A DNA stretch of 64,000 bases from Candidatus Latescibacterota bacterium. Its GTDB lineage: Bacteria; Latescibacterota; UBA2968. The position numbers and the translations under genes were made by a program. The DNA lies in NCBI GenBank assembly GCA_965204745.1, contig OZ242010.1, positions 3,072,001 to 3,136,000 on the forward strand, read 5' to 3'. Below are positions 28,159 to 38,936 of this stretch, one piece after another; within the stretch, counting starts at the first letter, position 1, and the number at the start of each line of letters is the position of its first letter. The notes beneath the pieces are model-generated. The model made no database searches, was not told where the DNA came from, and saw only the letters and a program-made list of their open reading frames with translations.

Positions 28159-28992
28159 ATGTCGCAAGCCATTCTCAAGCCAGAAGAAACAAAACATCTC
28201 ACGCGGGCGCAAGTGGCGCAGTTTGTGGAGAACGGGTTTGTCGTGGTTCCGGGATTGATCGATCCGGACCGCGTCAATGCGGGGCTGAAGGAGTTGAAAG
28301 ACAAAACCGGGATCGTGCCCGATGATGCGAAGACGTGGCCCTCGGATAAGGCGGGTATGCACGTCGGACAAGAGGGCATTGCGTTTGATCGCACCGCGTG
28401 CATCTCGCCGCGCATGGAAGCCGTGGTGCGCGAACTGGCCGGGGCCGCTGTGACCTGCGAGCGCGGGTTGGGGTACATGTTGCGATTTCCGCAACCGGGG
28501 CCCAAGCAATTTGAACCGGGCGGGGCGCATATTGACGGCACGCGCCAAGGGAATGGCCTCACGATGTACCCGACCCATTTTCACCTCTTGGCCATGGCCT
28601 ATCTGACGGATACAGAGGCGTGCGACGGGGCGTTCACCGTTTGGCCGGGCAGCCCGCGGCAGGTGTTTTCATGGGCGTATTGCAATGGCGTCGATTTGGG
28701 CGAGAAGTGGCGGACAACGGGCAGCACGGGCGCGCCGGATATTCCGCTCAACGATCCCATGCCGGTCGTCGCACGCGCCGGCGACGTGGCGATTTGCCAC
28801 TACTTGATGGTGCATGCCAGTTCCGCCAACCGCGGCGACCATGTGCGCGTCGGGCTTCACGGGTGGCTAAAGGCCGTACCCGATCACCGCTATGTGCCCA
28901 AAGCCGGCCCCCCGCAACGCGATTGGACCCCGTTGGACTGGGTTTTGAGAACGGACGACTTAACTGGAGAAAGGAGATCTTTGGGATACTGA
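28159..28992 (+). CDS. Phytanoyl-CoA dioxygenase (PhyH) family protein
   Basis: HID, WPGS, GDVAICHYLMVH, distal R. Confidence 0.8.
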   Translation: MSQAILKPEETKHLTRAQVAQFVENGFVVVPGLIDPDRVNAGLKELKDKTGIVPDDAKTWPSDKAGMHVGQEGIAFDRTACISPRMEAVVRELAGAAVTCERGLGYMLRFPQPGPKQFEPGGAHIDGTRQGNGLTMYPTHFHLLAMAYLTDTEACDGAFTVWPGSPRQVFSWAYCNGVDLGEKWRTTGSTGAPDIPLNDPMPVVARAGDVAICHYLMVHASSANRGDHVRVGLHGWLKAVPDHRYVPKAGPPQRDWTPLDWVLRTDDLTGERRSLGY

Positions 28993-29068
28993 GATTTTGG
29001 TTAGATGCAGTTCGCCGCGGGGGATTCGTCCCCACGCAAAGTCGCAATCACACACAAGGAGTTGACGC

Positions 29069-32000
29069 ATGAAGCGAATGTATTTGCTCTGTATGCTTTC
29101 CCTTTTCGCGGTATCGCAAGCGTTTGCAGGTACCACCGGAAAGGTCGCAGGCGTGATTAAAGACGCCCAAACCGGCGAGGTGTTGCCCGGTGCAAATGTC
29201 GTCGTGATCGGCACCCGCTTGGGCGCGACAACCGACGTCGATGGCGCGTACTTTATCCTCAATGTGCCGCCCGGCATCATGGAAGTGCAGGCGTCGATGG
29301 TGGGATATGCAACGGTCACGCAGACCGATGTGCGCGTGAAAATCGATCAAACCGCAAAGCTCAATTTTGAGTTGCGCGAAGAGGCACTTCAAGGAGATGA
29401 GATTTTGGTAGTGGCCGTGCGTCCGCCCGTGGAGATCGACCTGACCGCGAGCAAGCAGACCATGACCACCTCGGAATTGCAGTTGAGTTGGGCCAACACG
29501 GTGGAGGAGGCCGTGGAAACCCAATCTGGAGTGGGGGTTCGGGGAAGTATCCGCGGAGGATACGGCATCAACGCCGCCTATATTATAGATGGGGTGGATA
29601 TCCGCGACAGCAATACCCAGTCCAGCTTTGTCGTGACCAATACGGCGGCGATTCAGGAGATGGAGGTTTTGTCCGGCGGGTACAACGCGGAATACGGCCA
29701 GGCCAACGATGCGATCATCAACATCGTGACCCGGTCCGCGCGCGACAAATGGCACTGGAATGCCAAGACGCGCATGCGCCCGCGCGGCAAGTACCACTGG
29801 GGCCGGAATATTTACAGCGCGGAAAATGTCGAAAACCAAGTGATCACCAAAGCGTTCTTCGACAACAACGACATGGGGGCTTCGTGGAACGAATACTGGC
29901 GGGAGCAAGGCATTGAACCCACCGCCCAGTTCAACTGGGAAAAGTACCAAGAGTTCACAACGCCACCGGCAAATATGGGCAATTACGCAGATCTGGATCA
30001 GTGGGAGTGGGAAGGCGCTGCGTTCGGGCCTCTCTCCTCCAACATGGATCTGCTGTTGAGCGGCAAGTATTTGCGAGGCGTTACCAAGTGGCCGAGCGTT
30101 TTCAAATATAGCCCGGAATGGAGTGTGCTCACCAAATTGAATTACAACCTGGCCCAGAACACCAAACTCACGGCGTCGTTCAACCACCAAGGCACGGATA
30201 ACAGCGGTCAGCCCAGGTTGACTTATATGTCGACCGACGACATGGGCGGTTCGATGGGGAATCTTCCGTCCGGAGGGATCCGATCTCCCTACCAGACAGA
30301 GAAATGGAATTCGAATGGCAACACCGTAATTACCGGCAACAACTCGCGCGTGCCGCCGCCGCAGTATATCCGGACGAATGCGGCCATGTTGAAGCTGACG
30401 CACCTGTTTAGTTCGCGCACGTTTATGGATTTCCGCATTCAGCACTACCGAATGGATTACGACGCGCATTACGAGAACTTGACTGATACGAATCCCGTCT
30501 TATTCCAGGATCAAGTTGATCGAACCCCGGCATTTTTGGAACCCACTTGGTTTCCCAGCAGCCCGGTCAGCACGGGCGGGCGGCGGTGGCAATGGCCGCG
30601 AGATAACGCCAAGATGTTCGCCAATACATGGCGCACGACATTCCGGTTCGATCTGACCAGTCAAGTCAATGAACACCATCTGGTCAAGACGGGCCTGTCT
30701 TATGAGCCGCAGTATATCGACACCTGGTACGGCGGGCAGTTTGGATCGGCTTCACAACCGTTTAACAAGGTGCCAAACCGGCATTATCGGCCCTGGGATT
30801 TCACCGCTTATGTCCAGGATCAAATCGAGGCGGAAGGCATGATCGTCAACCTGGGCTTGCGCCTGGACATGTTCAACGCCAACCGGAATATCAATTACAC
30901 GCTTTGGGATCCCTACGCGCTGTCGCGCATCACCGATGGCAATACAGCCGGGGGCATTCTATCCTTTGACCCGGATGGTCCGCATGCCGTCAAGACGCCG
31001 CTTCAGGTCGCGCTGTCGCCCCGCGTGGGCATCGCGCATCCCATTACGGCGAGCACGGTGTTGCACTTTATGTACGGGCATTTCAACCAACGTCCGCCGT
31101 GGGTGAAAATCGCCGGTAATAAGGCCATCTGGAACCGCGGGGCGCCCTCTGATCCGAGCGTTCCCCTGCCGCCCAACTACGATCCAAATCCCAACGAGGA
31201 TTACAACTATATCCACTGGTGGGGCGTCGGCGGCAATCCGGCCATTGGGTTTGAGAAGATGATCCAGTACGAGGTGGGGTTCGACCAAGATATCGCCGGT
31301 GTGCTCGGCATGGATGTGACGATGTATTACAAAGATGCCAAGGATCTGACAAAGCTCGGTTTCCGCCAGGGGCGAGAGGAAGAAACCGGCAACAATGAAC
31401 GCCTTCAAGTCAATTTGTTCATGGATCCGGCCAACCCGCAAAAACAGACACCCCAAGACCAGTTCACGAACCGGGGAGCCTGGAACGTTCAAGGCGCGCG
31501 CCTCGACGCTCGCGGCCTGGAATTGGAATTGAGCACCAAACGCTGGCAAAACGTACAGCTCCAAGTCAAGTACGACCTGTCGTATTCCAGCACCGGCGCT
31601 TATGGGCCGACCAACCTCTACATTCCCATCGAGCAACCCGACGGTTCGATCAAGAAACTCGGCCTGGATAGATATCACGGCGCGGGCGAGAACAATTTGG
31701 AGATATGGAACCCGCACAATACGTTGAAGATCAACGGGCTGTTCAGCACGCCGGCGGGGTTCGGCCCTGCAATGGGCGCGTTCAAACCCCTGAGCAACTG
31801 GTTCTTGAATGTACACTACACCTACGCTTCAGCACAGCGATACACCTATCATCCGCCCGGCGATACGAGCACCGAGCCGCTGAATCGGTCGTGGAAGCCT
31901 TATCACCGCACCAATCTGCGCCTCTCGAAGCGTTTCGGACTGGCGAGGGGGATGAGAGGCGAATTTGCCCTTGACGTCCACAATGTCCTCAACAACAAAA

Positions 32001-32188
32001 TCCTCAAGTTGTTTGGGGGGCAGGATTTGTTCAACTTTATCGAAAAGGGCGAGATGCCCGTGGTGAAAGCCACCTATCTGACGTCCGATGGCGCTTCTGC
32101 CGAATGGGTGGAGGAAAACCAGTGGACGATTTACCGCCCGGATCTGACGCCCCGAGAGTTGTTCTTCTCGCTGTCGATTGAATATTGA
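29069..32188 (+). CDS. TonB-dependent receptor with N-terminal carboxypeptidase-regulatory-like domain
   Basis: Signal peptide, GTTGKVAG, IRGG, SGGYNAEYG plug, LSPRVG, aromatic C-terminus. Confidence 0.9.
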   Translation: MKRMYLLCMLSLFAVSQAFAGTTGKVAGVIKDAQTGEVLPGANVVVIGTRLGATTDVDGAYFILNVPPGIMEVQASMVGYATVTQTDVRVKIDQTAKLNFELREEALQGDEILVVAVRPPVEIDLTASKQTMTTSELQLSWANTVEEAVETQSGVGVRGSIRGGYGINAAYIIDGVDIRDSNTQSSFVVTNTAAIQEMEVLSGGYNAEYGQANDAIINIVTRSARDKWHWNAKTRMRPRGKYHWGRNIYSAENVENQVITKAFFDNNDMGASWNEYWREQGIEPTAQFNWEKYQEFTTPPANMGNYADLDQWEWEGAAFGPLSSNMDLLLSGKYLRGVTKWPSVFKYSPEWSVLTKLNYNLAQNTKLTASFNHQGTDNSGQPRLTYMSTDDMGGSMGNLPSGGIRSPYQTEKWNSNGNTVITGNNSRVPPPQYIRTNAAMLKLTHLFSSRTFMDFRIQHYRMDYDAHYENLTDTNPVLFQDQVDRTPAFLEPTWFPSSPVSTGGRRWQWPRDNAKMFANTWRTTFRFDLTSQVNEHHLVKTGLSYEPQYIDTWYGGQFGSASQPFNKVPNRHYRPWDFTAYVQDQIEAEGMIVNLGLRLDMFNANRNINYTLWDPYALSRITDGNTAGGILSFDPDGPHAVKTPLQVALSPRVGIAHPITASTVLHFMYGHFNQRPPWVKIAGNKAIWNRGAPSDPSVPLPPNYDPNPNEDYNYIHWWGVGGNPAIGFEKMIQYEVGFDQDIAGVLGMDVTMYYKDAKDLTKLGFRQGREEETGNNERLQVNLFMDPANPQKQTPQDQFTNRGAWNVQGARLDARGLELELSTKRWQNVQLQVKYDLSYSSTGAYGPTNLYIPIEQPDGSIKKLGLDRYHGAGENNLEIWNPHNTLKINGLFSTPAGFGPAMGAFKPLSNWFLNVHYTYASAQRYTYHPPGDTSTEPLNRSWKPYHRTNLRLSKRFGLARGMRGEFALDVHNVLNNKILKLFGGQDLFNFIEKGEMPVVKATYLTSDGASAEWVEENQWTIYRPDLTPRELFFSLSIEY

Positions 32189-32273
32189 GAAGTCGTTTTC
32201 CGTGACCTATCCCCCAACCTCCCGCGACGAAGCGGGGCCGGGGGAGGGCTTTCATTCATTCCAAAGGAGTTTC

Positions 32274-34343
32274 ATGATGAGTGCAAAACGCGCATCTCTC
32301 TGGTGCTATGTGATCGCGCTGGTTCTGATCTTGCCAGAGGTTGTGACTGCCCAAGTGCCCGAAAGCCAACTCGTGGGCAACAACTCAATTGAGTTCACCG
32401 CCGGAAGGTTGTGGTGGGGTACGAGCACTGCGGCAAATTACGCAGAGACGGCGATTCCCAATGTCGTTTCTTATCCCGGCTATTACCAAGCCCCCGACCA
32501 CATGGATATGATCGCGCCCTGGATATGGGTCGACAATCAGGGCAGGCGGGTTAAGATCAACCTGACAGAACGGAGCATCGTGTCTTTTGGCGGCGCTGTC
32601 CAGCCCATGAGCAACAATTACAATTACAATTTTACAGGGCCGGGCGGCACCGGCGAGGCCGAGCAGTGGGGCGAAGGGATTTTCCAGACGTTCAAAAGGG
32701 ATCCCGTCACGGGCGAGGCGATGGGGGCGATGCAGATCACCACCAAGACGATGGTGTGGAGCGTGCCCAAGTACGACGATTTCGTCATCCACAAGATCAA
32801 GATCAGGCAGGTGGATGACGTGGTACTCGAAGATTTTTACATGTGTTTTCCCGCTCAAGTGCAGTACAACAACGGTCAGCTCGTGAACAACGCTTTCAAG
32901 TTCAAGAACGACATGCAATTCGACTGGGATCCAGAGCGGGAAATTTTCATTTTTTACGACGACGTGCAATGGCCGACCACAGACAGCGCGCCCATTGGGT
33001 TTGACATTTTCGAACCGCCGGGCGATGTGACGGGCGATGGGGGTGACCCCGGCAATATCACCGAGGCGGGATCGCTGGATCGCAGGCTGTACGAACCGGA
33101 AGCCCGGGCCTGGGGCATTGTCGATCTGACTTACAATGGCGAACCCGACGAACCCCATTACAATATCCTCGCTGCGGCTGAATCTGCCACGCGAACGGGC
33201 AACTTCGCGGGTCGAGCGAGCGACGATCGCGTGCCATCGCGCGAGTTTGGCCGCCTGTGGGCCGGCGCGAGTTGGGAGCAAGATTTGCAGGCATTTTCGC
33301 ACGATCAAGAGCGGGCGAGTTGGCTCGATTTGTGGAATGATCCGAGCCGCCCAAAGGACGGGTCCGTGGATGGCAACCTGTTTGAGCGGTCGCCGATGCT
33401 GTATTCCTATCTTGGCCCCTACACGTTTGCGCCCGGCGATGAAATTGAACTGATCATCATCTATTGCTTTGGCGAGATGGACCGCAATGTGTCGCAACGC
33501 GGCGGGTTGGAAGCCACGCAACGATACCAGGCAGAGGGCATTGCTGCGTTGAAGCAGAACTGGGATTCGGCTTTGCAACTGATCGAAAATGATTTCGCAT
33601 TGCCCGCAGATCAGTATCCGCCCCCGCTCGTGGGCACCCAGCCATTCGTCGAAGACGGATACGCCAAGTTGATGGCTGAACCATTTGCCGACGCCAGCAC
33701 TGAAACGCAGGGTTTTACGCTGACTTGGCAGGCCGTGCCGGATAATTACTCAGATCCGGGTACGGGAGAAAATGACTTTGCCGGCTATCGGATTTACCGG
33801 TCGGAGATTCACATCACCGGCCCGTGGGAATTGGTGACTGAAATTTCCGCTGCGGATGCCGCTGCTTATCGGCAAGGTGGCGAGATCGTTTTTCAAGCCG
33901 AGATGGACCCCGGCATTCCCTTCCGCTTTGGCGTGACTTCTTTCGATACCCACGGCTTGGAAAGTGGCTTGACGGCCTATACGTTTTTCCCCCAAGAAGC
34001 TCCGAGAGCGCCTTCCGACGATATGACGCAGATCCGCGTGGTGCCCAACCCGTTCCGGCAACGGAGCGGGTTCCTGGACGCATCTCAGAACAACCGCTTG
34101 GCCTTTGTGAATATCCCGGCCAAATGCACCATCCGCATTTACACGCTGGCGGGCGATCTGGTGAAAATTATCGAACACGACGCTTTTGGAGAGACGACCT
34201 GGGGTAGCCAAGACACCGGCAATTACTTGCAGACGGACTTTTCCGAAAGCCCGGCGGCCGGGCTGTACATCTATCACGTCACCTCTCAGGTGGCGGGAGA
34301 AGAAGGCAAGTCTCACGTCGGGAAATTCATGATCATTCGCTAA
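32274..34343 (+). CDS. Secreted protein with FN3-like domain and T9SS-like C-terminal sorting domain
   Basis: Signal peptide; DFAGYRIYRS; IRVVPNPF...IRIYTLAGDLVK...AAGLYIYHV...GKFMIIR. Confidence 0.75.
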   Translation: MMSAKRASLWCYVIALVLILPEVVTAQVPESQLVGNNSIEFTAGRLWWGTSTAANYAETAIPNVVSYPGYYQAPDHMDMIAPWIWVDNQGRRVKINLTERSIVSFGGAVQPMSNNYNYNFTGPGGTGEAEQWGEGIFQTFKRDPVTGEAMGAMQITTKTMVWSVPKYDDFVIHKIKIRQVDDVVLEDFYMCFPAQVQYNNGQLVNNAFKFKNDMQFDWDPEREIFIFYDDVQWPTTDSAPIGFDIFEPPGDVTGDGGDPGNITEAGSLDRRLYEPEARAWGIVDLTYNGEPDEPHYNILAAAESATRTGNFAGRASDDRVPSREFGRLWAGASWEQDLQAFSHDQERASWLDLWNDPSRPKDGSVDGNLFERSPMLYSYLGPYTFAPGDEIELIIIYCFGEMDRNVSQRGGLEATQRYQAEGIAALKQNWDSALQLIENDFALPADQYPPPLVGTQPFVEDGYAKLMAEPFADASTETQGFTLTWQAVPDNYSDPGTGENDFAGYRIYRSEIHITGPWELVTEISAADAAAYRQGGEIVFQAEMDPGIPFRFGVTSFDTHGLESGLTAYTFFPQEAPRAPSDDMTQIRVVPNPFRQRSGFLDASQNNRLAFVNIPAKCTIRIYTLAGDLVKIIEHDAFGETTWGSQDTGNYLQTDFSESPAAGLYIYHVTSQVAGEEGKSHVGKFMIIR

Positions 34344-34355
34344 GTGGAGGGTAAA

Positions 34356-35420
34356 ATGAAACGCAAATGGACGATGATCCCGATCATGTTGCTCGTGGTC
34401 GGGTTTGCAAGCGATGGGTTCGCCCAGCGCCGCTTCGAGGCAGAAGTGGAAGAGGGCATCGCGCCACTGCCCTATAGCCGCGTGGGGCGGTCGGGCTGGC
34501 AATTTGCCAAATTGCCCACGTCGGCGCGCATGGCGAGTTTGGGTGGGATTGCGACCGTGCTGGGGCGGGGCGATGCCAACGCCGCGCTGACCAACCCGGC
34601 GTCGATGTCCGACGTGGCATCCCTGAGCATTTCGGGCAGCAGCATGAACTGGATCGCCGATATCACCTATTATTCCGGCGCGGTGGTCAAGAGTTTTGAC
34701 CAGTGGGGCGTTTTTGGTCTCAGCATCAACACCCTCGATTACGGGGACATGGTGCGAACCGAGAACCAGGAACAGTTCGGCCCCGACGGCGAAACCCTGG
34801 GCCGCACCCAACCCGTGCTGGATGGCCTGGGCACGTTTTCTGGCGGCGACCTGGCCGTGGGGCTAAACTACGCCCGGCGCATTACGGACCGCTTACAGGT
34901 GGGCGGCACGGTGAAGTATTTTCAGGAAACCTTGGACGATGCCAAGACCGGGAACTGGGCGATTGATATCGGCACTTATTACCACACCGGGATCAAGACG
35001 TTTCGCATTGCGATGCTCGGGCAGAATTTTGGCCCGGATACCGAGTTCACCAAGTACGACGAGCAGATTCAAATTCCGCCCTCGCAAGTGCGGATGCCCA
35101 TGGTGTTCAAACTGGGCGCGGCGGTCGATCTGATCGAAAAGTCAGCGGATCATCCGCATCTGCTCACGCTGGCAACCGAATTTACGCACCCCAATGACGG
35201 AGACGAAAAAGTGCATGTGGCAGCCGAATACGGATTTGGCAACCTGGCCTATCTCCGCGGTGGCTACCGCTTCAATTACGACGAGGAGGGCCTCACCGCT
35301 GGCGGTGGCCTCCACCTGAAGCGCGACCGCTATGGGATCAGCGTGGATTACGCCTACATCGACTTTGGACGCCTAAGTGCGGTGCATGTGGTGACGGTTG
35401 GATTTGAATTTGGAGAGTGA
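34356..35420 (+). CDS. PorV/PorQ-like (UPF0164) outer-membrane beta-barrel
   Basis: SARMASLG, NPA, LRGGY, VDYAY; follows the CTD protein. Confidence 0.75.
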   Translation: MKRKWTMIPIMLLVVGFASDGFAQRRFEAEVEEGIAPLPYSRVGRSGWQFAKLPTSARMASLGGIATVLGRGDANAALTNPASMSDVASLSISGSSMNWIADITYYSGAVVKSFDQWGVFGLSINTLDYGDMVRTENQEQFGPDGETLGRTQPVLDGLGTFSGGDLAVGLNYARRITDRLQVGGTVKYFQETLDDAKTGNWAIDIGTYYHTGIKTFRIAMLGQNFGPDTEFTKYDEQIQIPPSQVRMPMVFKLGAAVDLIEKSADHPHLLTLATEFTHPNDGDEKVHVAAEYGFGNLAYLRGGYRFNYDEEGLTAGGGLHLKRDRYGISVDYAYIDFGRLSAVHVVTVGFEFGE

Positions 35421-35441
35421 CCCGCCTCGCTCTCAATCCCT

Positions 35442-35485
35442 GGGCGCCTGACGGCATCTTGCCCGTCCGGCGCCTATTTTTTTTG
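35442..35485 (+). terminator. Intrinsic terminator
   Basis: GC-rich hairpin followed by a T-run after the PorV-like gene. Confidence 0.55.
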
Positions 35486-35496
35486 GAGGTGTTGGG

Positions 35497-36873
35497 ATGA
35501 ACGATGCCGAGTTGGATAACTACGGTGGCTGGACGGGTATTCAAGGTGAAAGGACCGGGTTTTTTCATCTGGAAAAAATTGATGGGCGAAACTGGTTTGT
35601 CACCCCGCAAGGCAATGTCTTCTTTCCGGTGGCACTCAGCCATCTCTTGTCCGCAGAAAGCGATGCGGCTTGCGAGAATATCTACAAGGGCGACCGAGAA
35701 GCCTGGGTGCGTGACTCGCTCGCAACTGCCCGTGCAATGGGGTTTAATTGCGCCCTGGGCGGCGCCACGAGCCCGGAACGCAACTTGACTGGGTTTGTCG
35801 ATATCGCAGAGGCAGAAGCCATCTTTCGGGAGGAGAATTTCCCCTTTGTGGTCGGCGTGATTTTGCTGAAGCACCCCCGGGAATTTATCGAAGGGGAAAC
35901 ACTTCCCGATATTTTTGATCCGGCGTTTGAACAGGTGATCGAATCCAAAGCCGAAGCGATTTGTCCCGCCGTTGCAGATGACCCGTTCGTGATGGGGTAT
36001 TACTACGGTTTCGGCGCGTTTAACCAATCGGAACATTGGGTAAATCACCATCTGTCCTTGCCCGCAGACAGCCCCGGGCGCAATGCCATCATCGACTTGC
36101 TCGCGCAACGGTATGACGGCGATGTTCGGCAATTCAACCGGATCTACGGCACCTCTTTGGGGCGGATTGCCGATTTGAAACAGACAGCCGTGCTGACCTA
36201 CGACAAAGCCTTCGAGCGGCGCAATTATCGGGCAATACGCAAAACGCTGAATCCGAGGCAACTCAATGATTTTGAAGCCATCCTGTCCCACATGTGCGTC
36301 ACGCTCTACAAAATTGCCCATACCGCGATTCGGCGGTGGGATAGGGCGCATCTCATTTTCGGTTCTTTTATCAAAGAATGGGCTTTGACCGGCGAATCGT
36401 GGAAAGCAGCGGCCCCGTACATCGACATGATCGCCCCTCAACATTTTAACCGCGAGATTTCAGTCAACGAGTTGGCCGATGCCGCAGATTTGCCCATCCT
36501 CATGTCCGATGACTATTTCGGGTTCCACTATCCCGGGGAAAAAGGCAAGCGTCACGCTGGCGTGACCTCTCACGACGCGCGCGGCGAAATATACCGCGCA
36601 AGCCTGATGCGACATTACAAAGACCCACAGGTTCTGGGCGTCACGTATTGCGCCTGTATGTACGATCAAGCAGGGGACTCGTTGGAGAGGAACCTCCAGA
36701 ATGGCTATTACGACATGCAGGGCAACCCACGCGACAAGCTGATCGCGGCAGTGACGGACATCAATCGGGCCGTCTATACACATACCCCGCATCCCGGTAC
36801 CGCCGAGGAGCTTCGAGCATTGGAGCAGACCCTGTTTAATACTTGGGATAAATACAACCGCGGGGATTGGTAG
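35497..36873 (+). CDS. Glycoside hydrolase, beta-agarase (GH50)-like
   Basis: TGFFHLEKIDGRNWFVTPQGNVFF, GFN, DIFDPAF, HLIFG; usual catalytic Glu motifs not evident. Confidence 0.55.
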   Translation: MNDAELDNYGGWTGIQGERTGFFHLEKIDGRNWFVTPQGNVFFPVALSHLLSAESDAACENIYKGDREAWVRDSLATARAMGFNCALGGATSPERNLTGFVDIAEAEAIFREENFPFVVGVILLKHPREFIEGETLPDIFDPAFEQVIESKAEAICPAVADDPFVMGYYYGFGAFNQSEHWVNHHLSLPADSPGRNAIIDLLAQRYDGDVRQFNRIYGTSLGRIADLKQTAVLTYDKAFERRNYRAIRKTLNPRQLNDFEAILSHMCVTLYKIAHTAIRRWDRAHLIFGSFIKEWALTGESWKAAAPYIDMIAPQHFNREISVNELADAADLPILMSDDYFGFHYPGEKGKRHAGVTSHDARGEIYRASLMRHYKDPQVLGVTYCACMYDQAGDSLERNLQNGYYDMQGNPRDKLIAAVTDINRAVYTHTPHPGTAEELRALEQTLFNTWDKYNRGDW

Positions 36874-37137
36874 GTCGCGCTTAGATTACTGACCTGCCAA
36901 ATAGAGGACAGGCACGGGGGCCTATCCCTACGGTTGATGGGGATAACGCATACGGCGGAGCAGGGATGGGATGGGAACACACTTGGGTAGCGGGGGTGGG
37001 GAGACCGCGCTAAAAAGATCGATGGGGTATGACCACTTGGGCGGTAGCATCTCCCCTACGGTCTCACGTCTCGGTTTTGGGCGGCTGGGTGGGGACTGAC
37101 CACTGACTACTGACTACTTGGGCCGTGGCGGGGGGTT

Positions 37138-37238
37138 GCCTCACGTCTCACCTCTTACGCCTCTCACCTCTTGCCTCTTACCTCTTACCTCTTGCCTCTT
37201 ACCTCTTGCCTCTCACCTCTTACGCCTCTCACTCTCAC
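37138..37238 (+). repeat. Heptamer tandem repeat (CCTCTTA/CCTCTTG/CCTCTCA)
   Basis: Reverse-complement family of 2003-2197. Confidence 0.85.
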
Positions 37239-37253
37239 TTGAAAGGACTCACC

Positions 37254-37991
37254 ATGACCATTGAAAAACTTCCCCTGACAGCGGATCGCGTTGCCCAATA
37301 CCACCGCGATGGCTTCTTGCTCGCCTCCGGCCTGATTCCCGAAGCGATTGCGCGAAAGGGCGAAGCCGCCATGTGGGCCGTGATGGGGATGGATGCGGAT
37401 GATCCGGGAACATGGGACCATTTCTCGGACGAAGCACTTGCTTCGACGGTTCAGGCCGGGTTTAAGCCCCAGTCGAAATTGTTCCAATTTTTTGACAATC
37501 GACATCCGGATTTGTTGGCCTGCTACACGCCTGCGATGATGGTTGCCATGGCGCAACTGACCGGCAAAGCGCGGGATTTCTTTCAGCCCCCAAGCGGAAC
37601 CCTAATTCAAAATGTCTTTCCATCAGAAGGCGAATGGGCATGGCGCGGGGCGCATTTTGACGGCGCGGTGAAATCCAAACAGCACGAGACATTCCCCGGC
37701 CCGTTTGTGATCAACTCGATCATTTATCTCAACGATATCGAAAAACACGGCGGGGGCACGGTCGCCTGGCCGGGATCGCACGAGCCTATACGCGCATTGG
37801 CAGAATCCGATCCCGAAAAATACAAATACATGTGGCGATTGGCACAAGACCTGAATCAGGTCGAGATCGGCGAGCCTGTGGAATTGCAACCCAAATGTGG
37901 CGACATTCTGTTTTTCGCCCACTTCTCTGTCCACGCCGCCTGTAAAAACATACGCGACACCCCGCGCTTGGCTTTGCGAAGCCGATGGTAA
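37254..37991 (+). CDS. PhyH family dioxygenase
   Basis: YHRDGF, HFD, WPGSH, GDILF...H...R; AAGGA RBS. Confidence 0.8.
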   Translation: MTIEKLPLTADRVAQYHRDGFLLASGLIPEAIARKGEAAMWAVMGMDADDPGTWDHFSDEALASTVQAGFKPQSKLFQFFDNRHPDLLACYTPAMMVAMAQLTGKARDFFQPPSGTLIQNVFPSEGEWAWRGAHFDGAVKSKQHETFPGPFVINSIIYLNDIEKHGGGTVAWPGSHEPIRALAESDPEKYKYMWRLAQDLNQVEIGEPVELQPKCGDILFFAHFSVHAACKNIRDTPRLALRSRW

Positions 37992-38096
37992 AAGCGCGGA
38001 TGACGCGGATTGGGGGCGCAGAGGGCGAAGGGCGCAACAAGGCAACGGGCAGAGCAGGTGAGGATATGTAGGAAGGAAGGCGAAGATAACGCGTCG

Positions 38097-38534
38097 TCAT
38101 TCTGACGTTCGCCGGAAAAGAGGTAATTGTGTCTCTGATGCCTGGAGTAAGGATTCTGCCCATTGGACAACGGCTTGGGCGAGTGTCACCGCTTTTAGAT
38201 ATTCTTCCTCATTAACCGGTTCGGATACATCGCCGGGATAACGTAAAACGGTTGTATAAACAGACAAGTTTGCTACCTGAGAGAGTTCGCGGATTTTGAA
38301 AACATCTTTGGGAAGCATATCGACCAACCGTTCGAGAATATGCGTTTTGGGAAAAGCAATCCCTCTATGTATAAGCACAGCTTTGATGCTCTTTTCCGCT
38401 GCCTGCTGTGCGTGAAAACAGAGAAGTTCGTAAAAGCTGGCTTCCGGTAAAGGGACTTGGGCAAGTGCCAAGTCTCCTTTGGCATACCGAATCCAATCGG
38501 CGGGTGAGCCAGGGGCCGGGGCATCAGAGGGCAT
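38097..38534 (-). CDS. HEPN-domain protein (MNT-HEPN toxin)
   Basis: CFHAQQAAEKSIKA, KTH, RYPG. Confidence 0.88.
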   Translation of the reverse strand: MPSDAPAPGSPADWIRYAKGDLALAQVPLPEASFYELLCFHAQQAAEKSIKAVLIHRGIAFPKTHILERLVDMLPKDVFKIRELSQVANLSVYTTVLRYPGDVSEPVNEEEYLKAVTLAQAVVQWAESLLQASETQLPLFRRTSE

Positions 38535-38841
38535 AAATTTCTCTCCCTTCTTCCAAAATGGCATAGTAGATCAACCCGATATTATCTCTGTGTTTTTCGA
38601 GACTTTCGGGGGTCGTCACCAAGATGTCAACAGGCAGGGGAATACCCGACATTTTTGTGTGGAGATACTGCGCGGTTTTTCGCCTGTGGACGCCTTCGGG
38701 CATGACGATGAGCACGTCCAAATCGCTGTCCGGGCCCATCTCGCCGCGTGCCGCCGAGCCAAAGAGGATGATTTTGAGCGGATTGACGAGTGCGACAACG
38801 CGCTCGACGAGTTGATCGATAACATGCGAGTCGGGTTTCAT
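38524..38841 (-). CDS. Minimal nucleotidyltransferase (MNT antitoxin)
   Basis: LFGSAARG...DSDLDVL, VDI. Confidence 0.9.
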   Translation of the reverse strand: MKPDSHVIDQLVERVVALVNPLKIILFGSAARGEMGPDSDLDVLIVMPEGVHRRKTAQYLHTKMSGIPLPVDILVTTPESLEKHRDNIGLIYYAILEEGREIYAL

Positions 38842-38936
38842 GGTCGAGTTCCAAGACGTGAAAAAAGAATCTATCGCCGCTGAAACATAACTTGCGATGT
38901 CTTAAAAGTCAATGCAGGAGTTACAACGACCCATTT

